Shown here piece after piece: positions 39,695 through 49,493 of a stretch of 64,000 nt of DNA. The stretch is from Blautia sp. (lineage in GTDB: Bacteria > Bacillota > Clostridia > Lachnospirales > Lachnospiraceae): NCBI RefSeq assembly GCF_034090745.1, contig NZ_JAXDRZ010000008.1; one strand, written 5' to 3'. The notes under the pieces are model-generated. The model was not told where the DNA came from and searched no databases. It saw only the letters and a list, made by a program, of their open reading frames with translations. Every line of letters begins with the position of its first letter. Position 1 is the first letter of the stretch. The translations under genes were made by a program, and so were the position numbers.

Positions 39695-40803
39695 CAGCAT
39701 TATTGGAATTTAAACAGAAGATCAAAAGCCTGTATTCAAAGTATGAAATGTATCTGCAGCCGCTGATAAAATTCGCTCTGGCTCTTATATATTTTGTATG
39801 GATCAATTCAAATATGGGATATATGACAGTTCTGGATAATATTTTCGTTGTCCTGATCCTGGCACTGATCTGTTCGATACTCCCATCTGGAATGATGATA
39901 TTTACCGGCTATGGACTGATGGTGGCTCACAGTTATGTACTGGGCATTGATGTAGCTGCTTTTATGCTTGTACTGATATTGTTTATGCTGATCATGTTTC
40001 TCAGATTCAGCTCCGGCCAGAATATCGTTCTGGTTTTGACACCTATGGCATGTGCCTTTGATCTTCCGGTACTTTTGCCTATTGGATGCGGACTGCTTGG
40101 AAATGCACTTTCCGCTCTTCCGGCGGCAGGCGGAGTTATTATTTATTATTTTATAAGATTCCTCAGAACGCAGTCCCAGATCCTTCTGAGTGCAGACACA
40201 CAGATTTTTGACAGAATCACTATTCTGGCAGACGGTCTGATGAAGAATGGTGAGATGTGGCTTACACTGGTTGCGTTTGTTGTTGTTATTTTGGCAGTAA
40301 ACCTGATCAGAACAAGAACGTTTGATTATGCGTGGCATACAGCTATTGTAGCAGGCGGAGTCATCTATGTTGTGCTTATGCTTGCAGGAAGCAGCATGAT
40401 GGGTGTTTCTATTTCTGTAGTGCCGATGATCATTTTTGCAGTGGCAGCGGTTCTGATCGGACTTGTTTTGGAGTTTTTTGTGTATGGAGGAGATTATACT
40501 CGTACAGAAAGACTTGAATATGAGGACGATGAGTATTATTATTATGTGAAAGCAGTTCCAAAGGCTCTTGTAACAACCTCTGAAAGAAGTATCAAGAAGA
40601 TCAATGCAGAGCCTGTAAGAGAAGAGCGAAAGCAGACGGAACGAGTGGTAAAATATAATGAACCACTTTTTCAGGGAGAAGAAGCTCCCAGAAGGAGAAA
40701 AAAAGAAAGTCCGGTACAGGACGAGGAAACAGTAATACGGAAACCCATTGTAGATGATGTGGATTTTGAGAAAAAACTGGAAGAATCACTGAAAGATCTG
40801 TAA
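39691..40803 (+). CDS. Hypothetical polytopic membrane protein
   Basis: About 8 hydrophobic segments and a charged C-terminal tail with a YEDDEYYYYVKAVPK motif; lies upstream of cdaA. Confidence 0.75.
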   Translation: MTALLEFKQKIKSLYSKYEMYLQPLIKFALALIYFVWINSNMGYMTVLDNIFVVLILALICSILPSGMMIFTGYGLMVAHSYVLGIDVAAFMLVLILFMLIMFLRFSSGQNIVLVLTPMACAFDLPVLLPIGCGLLGNALSALPAAGGVIIYYFIRFLRTQSQILLSADTQIFDRITILADGLMKNGEMWLTLVAFVVVILAVNLIRTRTFDYAWHTAIVAGGVIYVVLMLAGSSMMGVSISVVPMIIFAVAAVLIGLVLEFFVYGGDYTRTERLEYEDDEYYYYVKAVPKALVTTSERSIKKINAEPVREERKQTERVVKYNEPLFQGEEAPRRRKKESPVQDEETVIRKPIVDDVDFEKKLEESLKDL

Positions 40804-40851
40804 CAGGATTGATCTGCTGACTGAGGACGCGTCGGATAGAAAGGAGAGGCT

Positions 40852-41739
40852 ATGCAGAACATCATAAGCATATTGGACGGGCATCTTTCACGTATCAATA
40901 TGCCCAGTGTCAATATCATTGATGTAATTGAGATCCTTTTGATCTCTGTCTTTGTATACCAGTTTATGGTGTGGATCAAGTATACCCGCGCCTATACCCT
41001 CCTGAAGGGACTTCTGGTTATTGCCGCTTTTCTGATTGTTGCCTATATTTTTAAAATGAATACGATCCTCTGGATCGTGTCGAAACTGGCCAGTGCCTTG
41101 ATCACAGCAGTTATCGTCATTTTTCAGCCTGAGCTCCGCAAAGTAGTGGAACAGCTTGGACAGAAACGTATTATGGCTTCCATTATTCCTTTTGATGTGG
41201 GAAAGGAAGTACAGGAACGTTTTAACGACAGGACGATCAATGAACTGATCAAGGCCTGTTATGATATGGGAGAAGCAAAAACAGGAGCGCTTATCGTTAT
41301 TGAACAGACGAACCATCTGGACGAATTTGTACGTACAGGCATTACTGTGGATGCTGTTCTTTCCAGTCAGCTTCTGATCAATATTTTCGAGCATAATACT
41401 CCGCTTCATGACGGGGCGGTAGTTATGCGGGGGAACCGGATTGTTGCAGCTACCTGTTATCTGCCGTTATCTGATAATATGGAACTGAGCAAACAATTGG
41501 GTACCAGACATCGTGCAGGAGTGGGAATCAGCGAAGTGTCCGATTCAGTAACGATCATTGTTTCAGAGGAGACCGGGCAGGTTTCTGTAGCCCAGGACGG
41601 AGTACTGGTACGGGATATTACTTCCACTCAGCTTAGAGATATTCTTAAGAAAGCACAAAATAAAACTATTATTGACAATAATCGACTGAGACAGTTTTTT
41701 AAGGGGAGGTCAAAGCATGAAGGAAAAACTGACAAATAA
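40852..41739 (+). CDS. cdaA: Diadenylate cyclase CdaA
   Basis: 3 TM segments plus a DAC domain with TPLHDGA and GTRHRA. Confidence 0.95.
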   Translation: MQNIISILDGHLSRINMPSVNIIDVIEILLISVFVYQFMVWIKYTRAYTLLKGLLVIAAFLIVAYIFKMNTILWIVSKLASALITAVIVIFQPELRKVVEQLGQKRIMASIIPFDVGKEVQERFNDRTINELIKACYDMGEAKTGALIVIEQTNHLDEFVRTGITVDAVLSSQLLINIFEHNTPLHDGAVVMRGNRIVAATCYLPLSDNMELSKQLGTRHRAGVGISEVSDSVTIIVSEETGQVSVAQDGVLVRDITSTQLRDILKKAQNKTIIDNNRLRQFFKGRSKHEGKTDK

Positions 41740-43000
41740 TCTCTCTCTGAAGATTCTTTCTCTGATCGTGGCAATTCTTGTATGGCTTCTTGTTATTAAT
41801 GTAGATAATCCTATTGTGACACGATCCTTTGTTGTTACAGACGTTCAGCTTTTAAATGAAGCATATATCGATGCAGACGGAAAAATGTGCATGAGAGATA
41901 AAGAGCAGGAGCCTATCCGTGTAACAGTCAAAGCACAGAGAAAAGTTCTTGATGATCTGTCTGTGATGGACATCCGGGCCGCAGCAGATTTACAGCAGGC
42001 AGTAAGCCTGGATACAAATCCGGTGATGGTTCCTATTTCTGTCACAATAGGCAGAATCCCTTCGGAAAATATCCAGGTCAGCCCTCAGAATCTCAGTCTT
42101 CATATTGAAGATAAAGAAACTCAGGAGTTTGTTGTAAATGTAACAGTTGGAAATAATTCAAAACCGGAAAAAGGTTATGAGATCGGAACACTGGAGTCAA
42201 GTCCCGAGAAAATCAGGATTACAGGACCGACTTCGCTGATTAATAAAATAGATAAGGTAACAGCATCTGTTGATGTGAATGGAGCAACTTCGGACGTAAT
42301 AAAGGAAACAGAGGTTACGGTTATAGATAAGAATGGAGAGGAATTCAGTGCTCAGGATATGAGTTATCTGAATGTATCCAAGGTTTATGTAACTGCACGC
42401 TTGTGGAAGGTGCGTACTGATGTTAAGATCAGTGCGGAATGCTCCGGAACACCGGCAGACGGATATCAGGTGGAAAGCGTTACCACCACTCCAAATGTGA
42501 TCAGTGTATCCGGCAGTGATCAAACGCTGAGTGCGCTGGCAGAACAGGGAAATACGATTTCTATTCCGGCTGATGTTATTGATATTTCGGGCAAAACGAA
42601 AGATTATGAGGAGAAAATAAATATCTCGGATTATCTGCCGGAAGGTTTGAAGCTGATAAGTGACTCCAGTTCGGATGTTTTTGTACATGTGAATATTCTT
42701 CCGGAGGGAAGTACGGTATGTGACATTCCCACGAAGAATATTAAGGTTAAAAATATGCCGGAGGAAATGCAGGTTACGTTTGATGCAGCTCAAATAGAAG
42801 TTCGTGTCAAGAAAACAAAAGAAGAACTGGAAAATCTGCAGGACAAGGAGATCAAGGCATCTATAGACCTGAAAGATATTGAAGAAGGCGTTTATGAGAT
42901 TCCGGTAGACATTCGTATTCCGGAAGGCTATGAACTGGTAGATGAAGTCAAAGCAGACATAGAGGTTTCCAAAATTTCAAAAACGGAAGAGAATAGCTAA
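41717..43000 (+). CDS. cdaR: CdaR/YbbR-family cyclase regulator
   Basis: N-terminal TM (KILSLIVAILVWLLV) followed by YbbR-like beta repeats; overlaps cdaA. Confidence 0.88.
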   Translation: MKEKLTNNLSLKILSLIVAILVWLLVINVDNPIVTRSFVVTDVQLLNEAYIDADGKMCMRDKEQEPIRVTVKAQRKVLDDLSVMDIRAAADLQQAVSLDTNPVMVPISVTIGRIPSENIQVSPQNLSLHIEDKETQEFVVNVTVGNNSKPEKGYEIGTLESSPEKIRITGPTSLINKIDKVTASVDVNGATSDVIKETEVTVIDKNGEEFSAQDMSYLNVSKVYVTARLWKVRTDVKISAECSGTPADGYQVESVTTTPNVISVSGSDQTLSALAEQGNTISIPADVIDISGKTKDYEEKINISDYLPEGLKLISDSSSDVFVHVNILPEGSTVCDIPTKNIKVKNMPEEMQVTFDAAQIEVRVKKTKEELENLQDKEIKASIDLKDIEEGVYEIPVDIRIPEGYELVDEVKADIEVSKISKTEENS

Positions 43001-43014
43001 ACAGGAGAAAAATT

Positions 43015-43278
43015 ATGCTCAGTCAGAAGATTACTGTCAATAATCCGTCGGGACTGCACTTGCGTCCTGCGGGTACATTGTGTAATATAGCAATTAAATA
43101 CCAGTCTCTGATCACATTCACATATGACGGAGGCACTGCAAATGCGAAGAGCGTCCTCAGTGTACTGGGAGCCTGTGTGAAGTGTGGAGATGAAATCGAA
43201 CTTATCTGCGAAGGTGCAGATGAACAGGAAGCAATGAAAGCTATGGTCGATGCGATCAGCAGCGGCCTTGGTGAATAA
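43015..43278 (+). CDS. HPr-family phosphocarrier
   Basis: GLH15LRPA and NAKS46VLSVL; both phosphorylation sites are conserved. Confidence 0.92.
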   Translation: MLSQKITVNNPSGLHLRPAGTLCNIAIKYQSLITFTYDGGTANAKSVLSVLGACVKCGDEIELICEGADEQEAMKAMVDAISSGLGE

Positions 43279-43324
43279 ACAAAGAGTAACAAGTGGTGTG
43301 GAAAAGAAATAAGGAGGAAGTACG

Positions 43325-45904
43325 TTGAAAAAACGAGTAGTGGCAGTTTTGTTAAGTCTGACCATGTGTTCGGCAATGGTTGCGGAGACAGGGGCAGCAG
43401 CGATAGCAGAGCCTTTTGCAGAAGTGGTAACTGAAGATGCGTTTTCAGATGAAGTATCTGATAATGCAGACGGGCAGAATGAAAACGGTGAAGTACAGAC
43501 AGAAGACCCGGAAGGATCAGACGGAGGAAGTATTACGATTGAAGATCCCGACTCAGAAGATGCAACAGGCAATGGAACTTCAGATAATACAGACGGTGAA
43601 ATTACAGATAATAACACAGGAGGATCTTCGGATATGGAAGCTTCTCCTGATGGACTGGATCATTTAGAAGAGGAATTTTCTGACGGTCTGTTCAGTTCAG
43701 GAGATAATATGACTGAAACAGAACAGCAGGCTCCGGTCCTGGAAGAAGAAAATACCGAAGCCGCCGCAGCTTCTTTTGAATCAGTAGATGAAGAGGCACA
43801 TAAGGCCACTCTTCTGTATACCCGTTGGAAACAATTTGGTAAAGCATGGAAACTGAGTAAACTTCCAAAAGGAAAAACAGTACAGGAAAATACAGCTCCG
43901 GATACAGGTGATGTGCAGCAGCCCACTGATAATACAGAAGCCACAGAGCAGGAAATTCCGGATGATACAGCAGTACCAGAGGTGCCTGCTGATGTAATGA
44001 CAGTACCAGAGGTACAGGGAGAGAGCGTTGTCCAGGATACAGCTGTTACTAAAACTGTGGAAGTTATGCCGGAAGAAACTGCAGATGAAGGCACTGCAGA
44101 TTTTTCAGATGAAGCAGCAGTTGTACCGGAAACAATACCGGCAGAGCCGGAAACTGTACCGGAGACAGAAATAGAAACTCAGACAGAGGAAACGCCGGCA
44201 GAAACTGCCGGAGCTGCGGTAGAATATTACAGAAAGACCATGGTAGAGGTTACAACCGTAGACAGCAAAGGAAATCAGCTTGCAAAGGGTATTTATTACT
44301 TTGATGGAAACGGAAATATGGTAACCGGAAGATTTCTGATGCGAAAAGGAACAGCCGGATACACTGAGAGCAGTGACGGAGAGTATTATTTCATGGAGTC
44401 TTATAAGACCAGTGTTTCCAATCCGGATACAGCAGCTGGAAAAAACCTGACTCCTTATAACTCTGATTTTGGTCAGATGAAGAGTAACTTTTGGGTAGGT
44501 CGTGATCTGAATAAGAAAACACAGTACCGTTACTTTGGCGATAATGGCCGTTACAAAAAAATGCCGGCTGGGGCATATAAGATCTTTAACAATAAAGATG
44601 CACTTTACTTTGCAGATGCCAACGGATATCTTGTTCAGAGTAAAATGACAAAAGGAGCCGATGGCTATTACTACTATACCAATAAATTTGGTCAGGTATA
44701 TACAGACCGTCTGATCAAGATCCAAGGCTACAGATACTACTTTACCAGCAGCGGAAAACGTGCTACCTGGAAGAATCGCTGGGTACGTCTGGGAGCAAAT
44801 ACCAAAAATCGTTATTACTACTTTGGAAGTGTTGCAGGACGTGTGCAGGAAAAGAAAGGTATTCAGAAAGTTACTGTTAACGGTAAATTTGTTGGATGGT
44901 TCCTCTTTACTTCTGGCGGCAATAATGTTCAGAATTACTGGTCCAAGGACAGATATTTCCTTCCTGACGGACGTATGGCCAGCGGTGTTACAAAAGTAGG
45001 TAAGTACTATTACTTCTTTGAGCGTTCTTCTACAACCAAGTATCGTGGAAACAGATATAAGGGAACCTGGATCAAATATAATAATAAATATTATTATGCA
45101 GCAAGCAACGGCGTCCTTGCATCCAATGGATGGAGAAACATTAAAGGCGGTAGATATTATTTCCAGAACTGTACAGCAGTAACAAATAAAAGAGTAAAAG
45201 ATCCGTCCACAAATAAATGGGGATGGCTGGATTCCCGGGGAAGATATTCTACGGAATGGATTATCATGGATGATGCCAAGAACCGCGCCCGTTATATGGA
45301 TCCAAGTACAGGATATGTGTTAAAGAACACCACCAAGACAATTGACGGAGTTAATTATCGTTTTGACAAATATGGAAACCGTGTCAGCGACAGAACAAAT
45401 GAGTTCAGACAGAGCTCTTATTATCTGGAATGTGACCGTGTAAATGGTGTTATGACTATTTATACAAATTCCAAGAAAAATGTGCCTATCAAGACCGTTC
45501 GTGTTTCTGTAGGTAATCCGGGTACTCCGACACCTCTGATGACAAATGAACGAATTGACCGTGCAGACCGTTGGCAGCTTCTTATGGGACCATCCTGGGG
45601 TCAGTATGGAACTCATGTAAGAGGCGGTATTTATATCCATTCTGTAGCAAGTGGCCAGAGACATGGAAACAATCTTCCGGCAGGAGAATATCTGAAGCTT
45701 GGAAATCCGGCTTCCCATGGCTGTATCCGCTGCTGTGTAGCAGATGCAAAATGGATCTGGGAAAACTGCAATGGATCCAGAATCAGGATTTTTGACGGAA
45801 AGTACAATGCTAATGAAACATTTAAGGGACCTCTTGGAAGAAATCCGCTGACACCATTAAGAGGAAGCGGAACTTTCGATCCTACGGACCCGGAATATAA
45901 TTAA
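43325..45904 (+). CDS. Secreted L,D-transpeptidase with acidic linker and cell-wall-binding repeats
   Basis: Signal peptide (TTG start); D/E/T/P-rich region; aromatic YYF..G repeats; C-terminal YkuD-like domain IYIHS...SHGCIR. Confidence 0.85.
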   Translation: MKKRVVAVLLSLTMCSAMVAETGAAAIAEPFAEVVTEDAFSDEVSDNADGQNENGEVQTEDPEGSDGGSITIEDPDSEDATGNGTSDNTDGEITDNNTGGSSDMEASPDGLDHLEEEFSDGLFSSGDNMTETEQQAPVLEEENTEAAAASFESVDEEAHKATLLYTRWKQFGKAWKLSKLPKGKTVQENTAPDTGDVQQPTDNTEATEQEIPDDTAVPEVPADVMTVPEVQGESVVQDTAVTKTVEVMPEETADEGTADFSDEAAVVPETIPAEPETVPETEIETQTEETPAETAGAAVEYYRKTMVEVTTVDSKGNQLAKGIYYFDGNGNMVTGRFLMRKGTAGYTESSDGEYYFMESYKTSVSNPDTAAGKNLTPYNSDFGQMKSNFWVGRDLNKKTQYRYFGDNGRYKKMPAGAYKIFNNKDALYFADANGYLVQSKMTKGADGYYYYTNKFGQVYTDRLIKIQGYRYYFTSSGKRATWKNRWVRLGANTKNRYYYFGSVAGRVQEKKGIQKVTVNGKFVGWFLFTSGGNNVQNYWSKDRYFLPDGRMASGVTKVGKYYYFFERSSTTKYRGNRYKGTWIKYNNKYYYAASNGVLASNGWRNIKGGRYYFQNCTAVTNKRVKDPSTNKWGWLDSRGRYSTEWIIMDDAKNRARYMDPSTGYVLKNTTKTIDGVNYRFDKYGNRVSDRTNEFRQSSYYLECDRVNGVMTIYTNSKKNVPIKTVRVSVGNPGTPTPLMTNERIDRADRWQLLMGPSWGQYGTHVRGGIYIHSVASGQRHGNNLPAGEYLKLGNPASHGCIRCCVADAKWIWENCNGSRIRIFDGKYNANETFKGPLGRNPLTPLRGSGTFDPTDPEYN

Positions 45905-45916
45905 TAAAAAGGAAAA

Positions 45917-45993
45917 AGGAGGCTGTTGCAAAGCTGTTCCGAAGAGAGACATTTTATATCAATCTAAGGCTACAGGAAGAGTAACAGCCTCTT
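45917..45993. repeat. Imperfect inverted repeat upstream of rfbB
   Basis: AGGAGGCTGTTGC (45917-29) and GTAACAGCCTCTT (45981-93) match at 11 of 13 positions, around a 51-nt core. Confidence 0.5.
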
Positions 45994-46011
45994 CTCAGGA
46001 GGAAAAATAAT

Positions 46012-47094
46012 ATGAGAACATATCTGGTAACAGGCGGAGCGGGATTTATTGGATCCAATTATATCCACTACATGTTTCAGAAATATGACAATGAGATCCG
46101 CATTATCAATGTGGACAAGCTGACTTATGCAGGAAACCTGGAAAATCTGAAAGACGTTGAAAACAGAGAAAACTATACTTTTGTAAAGGCAGATATCTGT
46201 GACAGCGAAGCCATTATGAAGATTTTTGATGAAAATGATATTGACCGTGTTGTTCATTTTGCAGCGGAAAGCCATGTAGACAGAAGTATCCGCAATCCGG
46301 AAGTGTTTGTAAAGACAAATGTACTGGGAACTCTGGTTATGCTTAACGCAGCAAAATCTGCCTGGGAGCTTCCTGACGGAACCTTTAAACCGGACAAAAA
46401 ATTCCTTCACGTTTCTACAGATGAGGTGTATGGCTCTCTTGAGGATGAGGGGGGATTTTTCTATGAAACCACTCCATATGATCCGCACAGCCCTTATTCT
46501 GCAAGTAAGGCATCTTCAGATATGCTGGTGAAATCTTATATGGATACCTATAAATTTCCGGCGAATATTACAAACTGCAGCAATAACTATGGACCATACC
46601 AGTTCCCGGAAAAGCTGATTCCGCTGATCATCAATAATGCTCTTCAGGGTAAGAAGCTTCCGGTATACGGAGACGGCAAAAATGTTCGTGACTGGCTGTA
46701 TGTTATGGATCACGCAAAGGGTATTGATATGGTTCAGGAAAAAGGACGTCTTTTTGAAACCTATAATATCGGCGGACATAATGAAAAGCAGAATATCCAG
46801 ATCATCCATATTATTCTGGATGCTCTTCAGGAGATGCTTCCGGAAGGAGATCCAAGAAGAGAACTTGTCAGTGAAAATCTGATCACCTATGTAGAAGATC
46901 GTAAGGGTCATGACCGTCGTTATGCCATTGCTCCGGATAAGATCAAAGAAGAAGTAGGCTGGTATCCGGAAACATGTTTTGAAGACGGTATCCGACTGAC
47001 TATTAAGTGGTTTTTTGAAAATGAGGACTGGATGAAAAATGTAACAAGCGGAGATTATCAGAAATATTACGAAGACATGTACAAAACAAAATAA
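46012..47094 (+). CDS. rfbB: dTDP-glucose 4,6-dehydratase
   Basis: GGAGFIG, AAESHVDRSI, STDEVYG, YSASK and NNYGPYQFPEKLIP motifs. Confidence 0.96.
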   Translation: MRTYLVTGGAGFIGSNYIHYMFQKYDNEIRIINVDKLTYAGNLENLKDVENRENYTFVKADICDSEAIMKIFDENDIDRVVHFAAESHVDRSIRNPEVFVKTNVLGTLVMLNAAKSAWELPDGTFKPDKKFLHVSTDEVYGSLEDEGGFFYETTPYDPHSPYSASKASSDMLVKSYMDTYKFPANITNCSNNYGPYQFPEKLIPLIINNALQGKKLPVYGDGKNVRDWLYVMDHAKGIDMVQEKGRLFETYNIGGHNEKQNIQIIHIILDALQEMLPEGDPRRELVSENLITYVEDRKGHDRRYAIAPDKIKEEVGWYPETCFEDGIRLTIKWFFENEDWMKNVTSGDYQKYYEDMYKTK

Positions 47095-47151
47095 TGTTTT
47101 CTGAACAGGGATTTGCCCGGACAACGGCAGAGATCCTGACGGAAGTCTGTG

Positions 47152-47195
47152 TGCTGCAGTTTAAGGTAATGCCGGAACTGCAGCATTGTTTTTTT
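47152..47195 (+). terminator. Intrinsic terminator after rfbB
   Basis: 10-bp stem TGCTGCAGTT/AACTGCAGCA with a 14-nt loop, then TTGTTTTTTT. Confidence 0.65.
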
Positions 47196-47322
47196 GTTTA
47201 AGAGGGATAAGACTGTCTGAGGATAACATACAAAGCGGATTTTGAGACACTTTAAAATCCTGTGGAAAGACAGGCGATAAAATGATAAAATATAAGACAG
47301 AACAGAAATGAGGGTGTTTAAA

Positions 47323-49491
47323 ATGAAAAAGATTGTGATCATTGGAGCCAATGATTTTCAGAAACCTTTGATACAAAAAGCAAAAACAATGGGATATGAG
47401 ACCCATGTATTTGCCTGGCGGGAAGGTGCCACAGGTGCAGAAGATGCAGATTTCTTTTATGAGATCAGTATTACGGAAAAAGATCAAATCCTGGATATAT
47501 GCAGAAAGATACAGCCGGATGCAGTGGCAACCATAGGATCGGATCTGGCAAATATTACAGTTCAGTATCTGGCAGAAAAATTAGGACTTCCCGGAAACAG
47601 CAGGGAGTGTATCCAGAATTCCACCAATAAAGCGTCTATGCGTCTTGCTTTTCAGGCGGCTGGTATTCCGGTACCGTTTTTTAAAACAGTAGAAGAGGGC
47701 GAAAAGTACAGTCCACAGTCATATCCTGTGATTGTGAAGCCTACGGACCGTTCCGGAAGCAGAGCAATCACCAAAGTATATAAAGAAGATGATCTGGCAG
47801 AAGCTGTTATGAATGCTGCATCTCAGTCTTTTGAAAAAAAGGCGATCATAGAGGAATATATAGAGGGGGCAGAGTACAGCGTTGAGACCATAAGCTATAA
47901 GGGGCATCACACCTGTCTGGCTGTTACAAAAAAATATACCACAGGAAGCCCTCATTATATAGAGGTGGCTCATATACAGCCGGCTCCTTTGACAGAGGAA
48001 ATGGAAAACCGGGTGAAAAAACTTGTTTTCAGAGCATTAGATGCGCTGGGAGTCGTTTGTGGAGCTGCTCATAGTGAACTGAGGATCAGTAAAAAAGGAG
48101 AAATCCGTATTATTGAAATCGGCTCCCGCATGGGCGGAGACTGTATTGGATCAGACCTTGTTCCTCTTTCTGCAGGTCAGGATTTTGTGGGAATGGTAGT
48201 AGATACAGCATCAGGAAAACCACCTGTATTAAAAGAAGCGGACAGACATGTGGCTGCCATTCGTTTCCTTATGAATGAAAATGATGAGAAACTGCTTGCG
48301 GAACTGCAGGAAAAACACCCGGATAAGCTGCGTAAAGTAGTGATAGAAGGAGAGGTAAAAAAGGCAGATATCGTGGACAGCGGAAGCAGACCTGGATTTT
48401 TTATTCTGCAGGCGGACTCCCATAAAGAAATGGAAGAACTGCTTCATCATGGTCCATGGGAAAATCCTCTTGAAGAGCTTCCAGAAACACCTGTACAGAA
48501 GCTGGGATTTTCCGGAGGAGAGATCAACTGGCAGGCTCCGGGGATTCCAGGCTGGCAGACATCATCTGCACATATACCCTGCAATCATTTTTATATGAAG
48601 AGAGACGATCTGCTGCCGTTTTCTTTTGGAGGAAACAAGGTTCGCTTTGCTCAGAAATTTCTGGAAGATATGAAAAGAGAACATTGCGACAGTATGATCA
48701 TTTATGGAAATTATCATTCCAATCTTTGCCGGATACTGTCAACTCTTTGCCATAAGCTGGGAATGCCCTGCTATATGGTTCATAATACAGAAGATATAAA
48801 AGAACAAAAAGAAACACAGAACAGCCGGGTGATCCGGGCTATGGGTGTAAGGGAGATCACATGCGGAAAAACAGGAATTGCTGATGCAGTGCAGCAGGCT
48901 GTGGATGAACTGACTGAAAAAGGATACAGACCTTATTATATTTACGGAAATACGAAAGGTCAGGGACGGGAATGGGTTCCTGTGGAAGCTTATGCGGAGG
49001 AATATGAAGAAATATGCCGTCAGGAAGAAGAAAAAGGGATTCATTTTGACTATATTTTTCTGGCATCCAGTACCAATGCCACTCAGGCCGGGCTGCTTGC
49101 AGGAAGCCTGAAAGCAGGAGACGGCAGGAAGATCATCGGTATTTCTGTTTCTCGAAATGCAAAAAGGGGAAAAGAGGTAATTGCCTCTGATCTTAATGCA
49201 TATGCAGATAAGTTTGGCTATAGCTTTCCGGAAGATTGGAAAGAGCATATTTATTTTACGGACGAATATCTGGGAGACGGATACGGACGATATTCATCTA
49301 AAACAGCGGATATTATCAGAAAAATATACGGGGAAGAGGGAATACCTCTTGATATGACCTATACAGGAAAGGCATTTTATGGTATGGTAAGATATCTGGA
49401 AGAAAATCAGATTCATGATAAAAATATTCTGTTTCTTCATACGGGAGGAACCCCTTTGTTTTTTGATTTTCTGGAGGAGAACGATCTTTAA
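47323..49491 (+). CDS. ATP-grasp ligase fused to a D-cysteine desulfhydrase/ACC-deaminase-family PLP domain
   Basis: N-terminal half: VIVKPTDRSGSRAI, IIEEYIEGAEYSVE, IIEIGSRMGG. C-terminal half: TPVQKL, KRDD...GGNK, TYTGKA, LHTGG. ATG at 47323 has an RBS; the ORF track starts at 47308. Confidence 0.82.
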   Translation: MKKIVIIGANDFQKPLIQKAKTMGYETHVFAWREGATGAEDADFFYEISITEKDQILDICRKIQPDAVATIGSDLANITVQYLAEKLGLPGNSRECIQNSTNKASMRLAFQAAGIPVPFFKTVEEGEKYSPQSYPVIVKPTDRSGSRAITKVYKEDDLAEAVMNAASQSFEKKAIIEEYIEGAEYSVETISYKGHHTCLAVTKKYTTGSPHYIEVAHIQPAPLTEEMENRVKKLVFRALDALGVVCGAAHSELRISKKGEIRIIEIGSRMGGDCIGSDLVPLSAGQDFVGMVVDTASGKPPVLKEADRHVAAIRFLMNENDEKLLAELQEKHPDKLRKVVIEGEVKKADIVDSGSRPGFFILQADSHKEMEELLHHGPWENPLEELPETPVQKLGFSGGEINWQAPGIPGWQTSSAHIPCNHFYMKRDDLLPFSFGGNKVRFAQKFLEDMKREHCDSMIIYGNYHSNLCRILSTLCHKLGMPCYMVHNTEDIKEQKETQNSRVIRAMGVREITCGKTGIADAVQQAVDELTEKGYRPYYIYGNTKGQGREWVPVEAYAEEYEEICRQEEEKGIHFDYIFLASSTNATQAGLLAGSLKAGDGRKIIGISVSRNAKRGKEVIASDLNAYADKFGYSFPEDWKEHIYFTDEYLGDGYGRYSSKTADIIRKIYGEEGIPLDMTYTGKAFYGMVRYLEENQIHDKNILFLHTGGTPLFFDFLEENDL

Positions 49492-49493
49492 TT

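Noticed and set aside
39691-40803. Polytopic protein as the missing GT-C transferase for the lipid-linked sugar
   Set aside because: No large extracytoplasmic loop with acidic catalytic residues is evident, and it is embedded in the cdaA cluster rather than the glycan operon.
43961-44200. Short direct repeats (CAGTACCAGAGGT at 30-nt spacing; GAAAC/CCGG-rich units) in the L,D-transpeptidase
   Set aside because: In-frame low-complexity linker (VPE/ETP); no constant repeat-spacer pattern, so not CRISPR.
47095-47150. Small hairpins (TGCC/GGCA within CAGG/CCTG) ahead of the rfbB terminator, considered as a riboswitch
   Set aside because: No match to aptamer consensus sequences I know (c-di-GMP, c-di-AMP, glmS, PreQ1), and it lies at a gene 3' end.
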